From Desulfatiglandales bacterium (GTDB taxonomy: Bacteria; Desulfobacterota; DSM-4660; Desulfatiglandales; Desulfatiglandaceae): a stretch of DNA of 64,000 nucleotides. Every line of letters begins with the position of its first letter. Positions within the stretch are counted from its first letter, which is position 1. This document shows positions 52,315 through 60,166 of this stretch, one piece after another. A program made the translations under genes and the position numbers. The DNA lies in the NCBI GenBank assembly GCA_963666345.1, contig OY762721.1, forward strand, positions 3,936,001-4,000,000. Direction: 5' to 3'. The notes below the pieces were generated by a model. It worked only from the letters and a program-made list of their open reading frames with translations, was not told the DNA's origin and ran no database searches.

Positions 52315-53490
52315 ATGGGAAAAAGTGGCAGACACTTCCTGCAGATTCCAGGACCCACCAATGTGCCGGACCGGGTCCTTCGCGCAATGTCCAGGTCCAC
52401 AATCGATCATCGTGGTCCCGAATTCGCCCGCCTCGGCCACGAAGTGCTTGAGGGGCTGAAGCGCATCGTTCAAAGTGAGTCTCCGGTTATCCTCTATCCT
52501 TCCTCTGGTACCGGGGCCTGGGAGGCCTCTTTAGTGAACACCTTGTCTGCGGGGGACAGGGTCCTCATGTTCGAAACGGGACACTTCGCAACCCTGTGGT
52601 CCGATATTGCCAAGAGGTTCGGCCTTGAAGTGGATTTTATCCCCATGGACTGGCGGCGGGGGGTAGACCCGGAAGTGGTGGAAGAAAAGTTGCGTGATGA
52701 TTCGAAAGGCCTGATAAAGGCTGTATGCGTGGTCCATAATGAAACATCCACCGGGGTGACGAGCCGTATCCCCGATATCAGGAAGGCCATGGACGCGGCC
52801 GGGCACCCGGCCCTGCTGATGGTGGACACCATTTCATCCCTGGGTTCAATCGACTACCACCATGGTGAGTGGGGTGTCGATGTGACGGTGGGCTGTTCCC
52901 AGAAAGGTCTCATGTTACCCCCCGGGCTGGGGCTGAACGCGGTGAGTGAAAAGGCACTCAATGCTTCACGGTCCGCCTGTCTGCCCAGATCCTTTTGGGA
53001 CTGGCAAGCCATGCTTGCCAACAACGATAAGGGGTTTTTCCCTTACACTCCTTCGACCAATCTGCTGTACGGCCTGAGGGAGGCCATTTCCATGCTGGAG
53101 GAGGAAGGTCTTGAAAACGTGTTCGTAAGGCACGCCCGCCATGGCGAAGCCACGAGGAGGGCCGTGCGGGGTTGGGGTCTTGAGGTACTCTGCGTTGATG
53201 AGCGGGAGTACAGCAACTCTTTGACCGCGGTTATGATGCCGGAGGGCCATGATGCCGACAAGTTCAGAAAGGTTGTGCTGGATCGCTTCGACATGTCGCT
53301 GGGCACCGGTCTGGGGAAGGTGCGGGGAAAGGTGTTTCGAATCGGCCATCTGGGGGATTTAAATGATGTGATGCTTGCCGGAACCCTGGCGGGGGTGGAA
53401 ATGGGGCTTGACATCGCTCAGGTACCTCACACAGCCGGAGGGCTCATGGAGGCCCTTTCGTATCTTAAAGGCAGAGGAGTAATCGGTTGA
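52315..53490 (+). CDS. Serine/alanine-glyoxylate aminotransferase (class V PLP)
   Basis: GRHFLQIPGPTNVP, HNETSTG, SQKGLMLPPG, FRIGHLG. Confidence 0.92.
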   Translation: MGKSGRHFLQIPGPTNVPDRVLRAMSRSTIDHRGPEFARLGHEVLEGLKRIVQSESPVILYPSSGTGAWEASLVNTLSAGDRVLMFETGHFATLWSDIAKRFGLEVDFIPMDWRRGVDPEVVEEKLRDDSKGLIKAVCVVHNETSTGVTSRIPDIRKAMDAAGHPALLMVDTISSLGSIDYHHGEWGVDVTVGCSQKGLMLPPGLGLNAVSEKALNASRSACLPRSFWDWQAMLANNDKGFFPYTPSTNLLYGLREAISMLEEEGLENVFVRHARHGEATRRAVRGWGLEVLCVDEREYSNSLTAVMMPEGHDADKFRKVVLDRFDMSLGTGLGKVRGKVFRIGHLGDLNDVMLAGTLAGVEMGLDIAQVPHTAGGLMEALSYLKGRGVIG

Positions 53491-53659
53491 TGCACCTCTG
53501 CTGCCTGGTGCCGGTCCGGAAATTACGCGGAGGTTGTTGAAAATAGCCGTTTCCGGACGGAAATCTAATCGGGAGAATTTCTTATCGTACCGACTTTTCA
53601 ATGCCGCTCGGGAGGCGGCTATTCGTCGGATTTATTTGTGGGCTTGGAAAAACATGGGT

Positions 53660-53688
53660 TTGACAGATCAGGCGAAATTTCTTACACT
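53660..53688 (+). promoter_or_regulatory. sigma70 promoter of the caspase-like gene
   Basis: TTGACA, 17 bp, TACACT. Confidence 0.6.
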
Positions 53689-53796
53689 TACACGTTAAAA
53701 AAAGGGCTTATCATCACCTCTTCCTCCCGCCATCCTTAAATATCCCCCTTGAACAGCCTTTCTGTAAATTTTTTGCCCTTTGAAAGATGTTCTGCG

Positions 53797-55521
53797 ATGA
53801 AAAATAAAACCATTATCCTGGTGGCGATCTATATTTTTTCCTGTGCTGCGCTTTGTTTTTCCGCGTCACGCGGGATACAAATTACCGGTAAAAAGGGAAA
53901 AACCTTTAATCTATACAAGGATTACCATGCCCTTGTGGTAGGGGTGGGTGATTACACGGAGGGGTGGCCTGATCTGCCTGGTGCATTGAAGGATTGCGAA
54001 CAGGTCGCCGGATCTCTTGAGGGCTACGGGTTCACCGTTAAGACCCTCAAAAACCCCACGTCCAAAGTGATGAACAGGGCACTGGCCGAATTAACATACC
54101 GGACGGGCGGGGAGTCGGACAGGGGTCTGCTGTTATATTTCGCCGGTCATGGCGAGACCATGAATCTGGCGGATGGGAACAGCCTGGGGTTTATAATTCC
54201 CAGCGACTGCCCCTTGAAAAATCAGGACCCGATAGGATTCGATGACCTGGCAATATCGATGAAGGAAATCGAGGCCCTGGCACTCAAGGTGAAATCGAAA
54301 CATCTTCTTATGGTCTTTGATTCCTGTTTTTCAGGGTCCCTTTTCAACCTGGTGCGGGCCGCCCCCATGGAGATCAGCGAAAAATCCACCATGCCGGTAA
54401 GACAGTTCATAACCGCAGGGTCTTCGGGTGAGCAGGTGCCTGACACCTCGGTGTTCAAACAGGTGTTTCTGGACGGGATCAAAGGCGATGCCGATCTCAA
54501 CAAGGACGGATACATCACCGGATCGGAACTGGGCATGCACCTTCAGACAAAGGTGGTCAATTATTCGAGAGGAGGCCAGCACCCTCAGTACGGGAAGATA
54601 AACAATCCTAAACTCGACAAAGGGGATTTCATCTTTGTTGTCGTTGTGAATGTCCAGGAAAAAGCCGAGGCTTCAGGGGCGTATCAGGATGAAAAGAGCC
54701 TGATTGCCGAGGAACTTAAAAAACTGAGGGAGGAAAGAAAGAAGAACACGGAGCTCCTGGAGCGAATCGAGAAACTGGTGGATGACCGGCCCGGGAAAGT
54801 CGAGGGCGTGGTAAGCGCAGAGGAAAAGACACAAACCGCCTACATCCCCAAATCGGACAGGTCAAATTATAACGATCTGAAAAAGGGCAAGGGGTCTTTC
54901 CTGATAGACGACTTTGAAGACGGGGATCTATTCGCGAGTTCTTTTAATGATACCTGGAGGTCTTATCAAAAAGGCAAGTGCAAAGTCGAACTGGCTGTCG
55001 ATCGAACTCAGGGGGCAAACAATACCGCCTGTTCAATGAAATTTGATTTCAACCTTGTCGAGAAATCAACTGCCGTTGCCCTTATCGGGGGAGGCAAATC
55101 CCCCCCCTCAAGGATCAAAAAGGTTCATAAGGATCGATCCAAGGCCCATGATCTATCGAGGTTCAATAAACTTGTCTTTTACCTGAAAGGCGAAAAGAGC
55201 CGTTCCATATTTTTAAACCCTAACCCTGTTTACCTGGTCATTGACTGTTACGGAGGAGATATAAAGGCGGCATACGGCAATAGAAGGGCCGAATATACTC
55301 ATAAGATCAAGATCATACCGGATAATAAGTGGGAAAGGCACGAGGTTCTTTTTGAAGATCTCATGCCTTCATTGAGGACAAAAACGCATGCCTCAAATTA
55401 TCCTCAAAATCCCGATCTAAGCCATGTCCTATGGCTGGAGTTCCTTGTTACAAGTCACAAACCGTGGGGGGGCAGACCTGAATCTCACAAGGTATGGATC
55501 GATGAAATCCGGCTGGAATAA
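53797..55521 (+). CDS. Exported caspase-like (peptidase C14) protein with coiled coil and C-terminal beta-sandwich (CBM11/CIA30-like)
   Basis: Signal peptide; dyad YFAGHG / FDSCFSG; LIDDFEDG...VWIDEIRLE. Confidence 0.85.
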   Translation: MKNKTIILVAIYIFSCAALCFSASRGIQITGKKGKTFNLYKDYHALVVGVGDYTEGWPDLPGALKDCEQVAGSLEGYGFTVKTLKNPTSKVMNRALAELTYRTGGESDRGLLLYFAGHGETMNLADGNSLGFIIPSDCPLKNQDPIGFDDLAISMKEIEALALKVKSKHLLMVFDSCFSGSLFNLVRAAPMEISEKSTMPVRQFITAGSSGEQVPDTSVFKQVFLDGIKGDADLNKDGYITGSELGMHLQTKVVNYSRGGQHPQYGKINNPKLDKGDFIFVVVVNVQEKAEASGAYQDEKSLIAEELKKLREERKKNTELLERIEKLVDDRPGKVEGVVSAEEKTQTAYIPKSDRSNYNDLKKGKGSFLIDDFEDGDLFASSFNDTWRSYQKGKCKVELAVDRTQGANNTACSMKFDFNLVEKSTAVALIGGGKSPPSRIKKVHKDRSKAHDLSRFNKLVFYLKGEKSRSIFLNPNPVYLVIDCYGGDIKAAYGNRRAEYTHKIKIIPDNKWERHEVLFEDLMPSLRTKTHASNYPQNPDLSHVLWLEFLVTSHKPWGGRPESHKVWIDEIRLE

Positions 55522-55565
55522 AGACCTTGGACCATAAAGCGGAGCTGACCAGCCTCTTTTAATTT

Positions 55566-55614
55566 AATCCTTGGGTCCTTGGACCCTCTTTGCCAACTAA
55601 TTTGGAGAAGAACC
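55566..55614. repeat. Orphan right end of the four-helix-bundle cassette
   Basis: 44/49 identical to 59847-59895. Confidence 0.8.
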
Positions 55615-55709
55615 AATGGGCATAACCGGAGTCGCTCATGTAACAAGGTGACCCCGTTTCTAATTAGAGAGATGGATTTTTGTGTCTTTTTAACTAAAGG
55701 GGTGTCTAA

Positions 55710-57668
55710 ATGAAACGGATGGTTTCGGTTTTTCTGGTGGCGGCATTCTCTGTTTTAAGCGTTTCCGCCGTGTATGGGGTGAGCCGCGGCATCAAGGTGG
55801 TTTCGGATGGTGGCGAGACCCTGCAGCTCTATGACGAATATCATGCCCTGGTGGTGGGGGTGAGTAACTACGATAAGTGGCCGAAGCTTCCTTATGCGAA
55901 AAGCGATGCCGCCGAAGTCGCGGACAAGCTTTCGCACCTCGGTTTTGAGGTTAAGGTAGTGCTCGATCCAACGAGCAGGGAGCTTAATACCGCGATAAAC
56001 GAGATGGTGTACACCATGGGACGCAATGAAAACCGCGCCCTTTTGTTTTACTATGCGGGCCATGGGGATACCGAGCTTTTGGCGGACGGGACAAAGATGG
56101 GTTATCTGGTTCCGAGGGACTGCCCTTTGCGGCGTTCCGATCCTCTGGGATTTGCCACCCATGCGGTGAGCATGAGGGACATAGAATCGGCCTCTCTGCG
56201 GATGAAGGCGCGGCACGTGCTGATGCTCTTTGATTCCTGTTTTTCAGGCTCTCTGTTCGCCCTGGTTCGGGCGGTGCCTGATGACATTACTGAGAAGTCT
56301 TTGTTGCCGGTACGACAGTACATTACCGCCGGAAACGAAGATGAGCAGGTGCCTGACAGGAGCATGTTCAAGAGGTGCTTTCTGCTTGGTCTTGAAGGGG
56401 ATGCGGATTTGACGGGAGACGGGTACGTTACCGGTTCCGAACTGGGGATGTATCTTTCGGACAAGGTGGTCAACTACTCTCACAGGAGGCAGCACCCTCA
56501 ATACGGCAAGATCAACAACCCCAACCTGGACAGAGGTGATTTTGTGTTCGTGGCTCCCGCAAAAAAGGAAGAGCCCGCTCCAGCAGCGGCCCAGGGGGCG
56601 TCATCGGAAATGCAAAGTGAAAACGCCCGTCTCGCCGAGGAGATAGAGCAGTTACGGCGTGAAAAGGAAGAACTGCTTCAAATGAAAAAGTTGATGAAAG
56701 AAAAAGACAGGCTTAAAGAGGAACTCAAAAAGGAGAAAACAAAGATCCGCACGGCAAAGCGTGCACCTGAAAAAAGTGAAAAAGTGCCGCCACCGTCAGA
56801 CAATAAAATAGCCGGCAGGGACGGAAATTTCATCGCCTGTGATAACGGCATAATCAAGGACGCAACTACAGGTCTGGAGTGGTTTGTAGGGCCTGATAGA
56901 AATATTGACTGGAATGAGGCCAGATACCTGGCGAAGAATTTGAATATAGGCGGCGGGGGGTGGCGCATGCCCTCCATTAATGAATTAAAGAGTTTGTACA
57001 AAAAAGGAAAAGGAAAGCGCAACATAAGCCCTCTTTTTAAGACGACCGGCTGGTATGTATGGTCGGGAAAAGAAGATTCCGGCAGGGCAATGCTCTTTAG
57101 CTTCTTTGACGGGTACGGGAAAGATTTAAGCTTCATCGAACTCGATGAGAAAAACGGGCGTGCATTTGCGGTGCGTTCCCGAAGTGCCGCGCGCAATATT
57201 TCCGCCTTGGAAACCAGCCAAACCATTGACAGCCGAACAAAGAGGGCAGGCGAAAGTGCCGGTGACGGGAATTTCATCGTCTGTGATAACGGCATAATCA
57301 AGGACACAAAAACCGGTCTGGAGTGGTTCGTCGGGCCTGATGAGAAAGGCAATTTTTCAGATGCCGCCAAATTTATAGACGGCCTGAAATTGGATGGCGG
57401 GGGCTGGAGACTTCCGACGTCAGATGAATTGAAAACCCTTTACCTTAAGGACAGGGGCAAATCAAACATGTCACCCCTTTTTAAGACTACCGGTTACTGG
57501 GTGTGGAGTAATGACAGGGCAACTTATTCGCAGGCCAATGAAGTAGGATTCGATTTCAGGAAAGGTGAAATAGAGGAAATACAAATAGGAAGCGCGTGGA
57601 AAGGCAGCCGCGTGTTTGCGGTGCGTTCAAACCAGGATAAAAGACATTATTCAAAGTCAACAAAGTAA
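55710..57668 (+). CDS. Exported caspase-like (peptidase C14) protein with two DUF1566/Lcl-type domains
   Basis: YYAGHG / FDSCFSG; two copies of DxxTGLEW...GWR(M/L)PxxxEL...VWS...AVRS. Confidence 0.88.
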   Translation: MKRMVSVFLVAAFSVLSVSAVYGVSRGIKVVSDGGETLQLYDEYHALVVGVSNYDKWPKLPYAKSDAAEVADKLSHLGFEVKVVLDPTSRELNTAINEMVYTMGRNENRALLFYYAGHGDTELLADGTKMGYLVPRDCPLRRSDPLGFATHAVSMRDIESASLRMKARHVLMLFDSCFSGSLFALVRAVPDDITEKSLLPVRQYITAGNEDEQVPDRSMFKRCFLLGLEGDADLTGDGYVTGSELGMYLSDKVVNYSHRRQHPQYGKINNPNLDRGDFVFVAPAKKEEPAPAAAQGASSEMQSENARLAEEIEQLRREKEELLQMKKLMKEKDRLKEELKKEKTKIRTAKRAPEKSEKVPPPSDNKIAGRDGNFIACDNGIIKDATTGLEWFVGPDRNIDWNEARYLAKNLNIGGGGWRMPSINELKSLYKKGKGKRNISPLFKTTGWYVWSGKEDSGRAMLFSFFDGYGKDLSFIELDEKNGRAFAVRSRSAARNISALETSQTIDSRTKRAGESAGDGNFIVCDNGIIKDTKTGLEWFVGPDEKGNFSDAAKFIDGLKLDGGGWRLPTSDELKTLYLKDRGKSNMSPLFKTTGYWVWSNDRATYSQANEVGFDFRKGEIEEIQIGSAWKGSRVFAVRSNQDKRHYSKSTK

Positions 57669-57722
57669 ATAACAGATGAAGTAAGCAGAAAAAATCCGGC
57701 GTTCTGTCGCGGCCGCAAGGTT

Positions 57723-58616
57723 TTACAACTTCATGTCGGAGCGGCCAACAAAAAAGTAGATAACTCCCAGGACAAGGAGACCCCCAAGAAGCAGAGCAAA
57801 GGAGATCGGATCTTCATGCTCGATGGCGGCAACGAACAGCTTCCGGATAAATGCCACCATGGCCAGATCGACAAAAATTCGGACATTGAACTTTCCGCCC
57901 TTGAGCTGGTGGACCTGGGTGTGGAGGAGCTCTATCATCATCCACAGTATAAGGAGTGAACCCAGGGACTTGATGACCCCGATTTCAAGATTGGATCGAA
58001 AGGCGAACAGGATGTCCGAGCCGAGAAGAGCGGCCACGCCAAGAGACAAAACGACCAGCCCGACCATCAGTATCAGATTCAGGCCATGCATCAATCTCTC
58101 CGACCATTTTACCAGCCAGAATTCGACCCGCTGGGAGAGAAAAACCCTTTTCAGCTCCGCTTCCCGGTAGGAACTGGTGATTACATCCAGACTGATGTCC
58201 AGGACCTTGTCCAGGGTCTCAAGCAGTCGGTCTCTCAAACCGGCATCCGATATGGTGCTTAACAGTTGGTCCTGGAAATAACGCCGGATAAAACTCATCG
58301 CCGAGTTGACATAATGGCCTTCAAGTCCGATTTTTACATGGATCTGTCCGATACGAATGAGCCTCATCAACAAGCGGTGATCATACTTTGAGGTAAGGAT
58401 CGATTTGAGCCAACCCTTTATGGTCTCCTTCCTTCGTTTATCCGCCTCAGGAGTTTGAAAAAAAGCGGCCGTGTAATCGTTTTGCATCAGGAACTCGTAG
58501 AAATCTTCGGCAAATCTGTCCTGAACAGGCAGGATTACATTTACAAGCTCCTTCAGATTTTCTTCATCCTGATGATTAAATTCATAATGCTTTATGATTG
58601 ATTCCATGGATTGCAT
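57723..58616 (-). CDS. Protoglobin-like sensor globin fused to a PsiE-like membrane domain
   Basis: FAEDFYEFL, RIGQIHVKIGL (proximal His), then about 4 TMs with IELL and AFIRKL. Confidence 0.85.
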   Translation of the reverse strand: MQSMESIIKHYEFNHQDEENLKELVNVILPVQDRFAEDFYEFLMQNDYTAAFFQTPEADKRRKETIKGWLKSILTSKYDHRLLMRLIRIGQIHVKIGLEGHYVNSAMSFIRRYFQDQLLSTISDAGLRDRLLETLDKVLDISLDVITSSYREAELKRVFLSQRVEFWLVKWSERLMHGLNLILMVGLVVLSLGVAALLGSDILFAFRSNLEIGVIKSLGSLLILWMMIELLHTQVHQLKGGKFNVRIFVDLAMVAFIRKLFVAAIEHEDPISFALLLGGLLVLGVIYFFVGRSDMKL

Positions 58617-58768
58617 GGCAAAAGACCTCACTGCCAGGGGATTGTAGTTCAACGATTTTTTTAAGCGCAATATTTTGGATGTCTGCCTCCGAAGCCATGT
58701 TAAAGGCTTTAATGATTCTAAAAGAAAAACAATTAAATTTCAAGATAAGGTGGGTTACGGAAAGGGTA

Positions 58769-58808
58769 TGCACATAATCCTGTGCGTGAATGCACATTAA
58801 GTTGTGCA
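58769..58808. promoter_or_regulatory. Tandem TGCACA-N6-TGTGC(A) sites
   Basis: TGCACATAATCCTGTGCG 58769-58786 and TGCACATTAAGTTGTGCA 58791-58808, 22 bp apart. Confidence 0.7.
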
Positions 58809-58882
58809 AATATCACTATGATTTCTTCTGTTTAATCCTCTCCATATCTGCAATTTATTGAACTTCTTGGAATGTTTTCCGA

Positions 58883-58897
58883 TGGCACACCTTTTGA
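58883..58897 (+). promoter_or_regulatory. Possible sigma54 (-24/-12) promoter
   Basis: TGGCAC-ACCTT-TTGA; correct spacing but GA instead of GC at -12. Confidence 0.45.
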
Positions 58898-58919
58898 ATG
58901 ACACCATCTATAAGGGGTG

Positions 58920-59129
58920 ATGAAAGTGGCGGTGTTGTCTCCAGATCAGCTGCTTTCGGATCGTGAAAGGGCCATGGAGTATAACAGGGGCCTCGAGGTG
59001 GGGCTTTGGGCGGTGAAGGAGAGTCGGAATCTCTGCCCCGGAGCAACTAATTTTATGATCAAGGCCATGGAGCAGACAATAAAAGATAATGAAACGAAAT
59101 TTACATTTATGTCTTTAATGACAAAATGA
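58920..59129 (+). CDS. Small hypothetical protein (69 aa)
   Basis: RBS AAGGGG; lies just after the sigma54-like site; no recognisable motif. Confidence 0.5.
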   Translation: MKVAVLSPDQLLSDRERAMEYNRGLEVGLWAVKESRNLCPGATNFMIKAMEQTIKDNETKFTFMSLMTK

Positions 59130-59343
59130 AAGAAAAGGTTACTTATATTTTATCTATCATTTCCTGAATTCAAGATATCCTATCCGTTTCTGTTTCACCT
59201 TTTGGGAGTTTGTAAATGATAGATGGTTAAGTCAAGTTTGAAATAATGCTGCTATGATTATTATGGCTATAATCCATGCAGTTATAAGATATCAACTTGA
59301 CAAAAATAGCAATGGCTATGATTATAAGAAGTAATAACTACAT

Positions 59344-59895
59344 GGATCATCTTCAAAAGAGTTGGTCTAAATGAAGGATTGGAGGGGTCAAGGGGCCGCG
59401 GGTTCGAGTGAAAAGCTTAAAGATCATAGTCAATTAAACGTTAGGGGAAAATCGTATACACCTTGTTTGCATATGTATAAAGAAACGAAACGTTTTTTTA
59501 AAGATGAGCAATACTGTTTTACCTCCCGAATCAGAAGATCCGCTGTTTTCATGTCAAGGGATACCGCCTGAGGGTATGGGAAAAAAACGGCTATAGAGTA
59601 TATGCAATTTTTCTTTATTGCATATGGTTCAGCCTGTGAATCGGAAACCCGGGACATGACATCAGCTGACCTGGGTTATTTGAAAGAAGTAAGCTTCAGA
59701 GATTAAGAAGGGAAATAAGGGATGTCGGGGCAATGTCCAAAGCGATGATCAAATCCCTGGAAAAAAAGCCCTCGAAACCGGGAACCCGAGCTGAGCTGGC
59801 CGAAGGGTGGGACTGCGCGAAGCGTAAGCGAAGCAAAGAATCCTTGAATCCTTGGACCCTTGGACCCTCTTCGACAACTAAGTTGGAGAAGAACC
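59344..59895 (+). mobile_element. Non-autonomous cassette with imperfect inverted ends and octamer repeats
   Basis: Ends GGATCATCTTCAAAAGAGTTG / CAACTAAGTTGGAGAAGAACC (15/21); CCTTGAAT/CCTTGGAC repeats; ends recur at 45.4 kb and 55.6 kb. Confidence 0.6.
59410..59772 (+). pseudogene. Four-helix-bundle (23S rRNA IVP-like) pseudogene
   Basis: KSYTPCLHMYKETKRFFKDEQYCFTSRIRRSAV..*GYGKKT..YMQFFFIAYGSACESET..DLGY, with stops and a frameshift before KAMIKSLE. Confidence 0.8.
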
Positions 59896-60166
59896 TAACT
59901 TATAAACTAATTTAATGTCCGCAGGTTTCAGGATGGCTTTATTAATATCTTTGATGGATTGTCAGGCTTTTTTGTTTTGTGGGTTTTACAGAATCTTCAA
60001 ACATTTCCTTCCCGCTCCAAGGTTAATTCCTCTTTCAGGTGATTATCCCCTATACTTGCAAGTTTCTGATCGGGTATCTCCCTTATAGCAAAGCAGTTAA
60101 ATGATGCAACCCTTTCCAGGTCTGTATGGCCTATATTTTAGAGCCGGCTCAAAGGAGATCAACAGT

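Noticed and set aside
56820..57341. DGR template/variable repeat pair
   Set aside because: Both copies are in-frame coding domains, mismatches include C/T changes rather than adenine-only, and no reverse transcriptase is in the window.
59569..59571. Selenocysteine at the TGA in the four-helix-bundle gene
   Set aside because: The position corresponds to the conserved Glu of AEGYG, and further stops and a frameshift follow, so this is simple decay.
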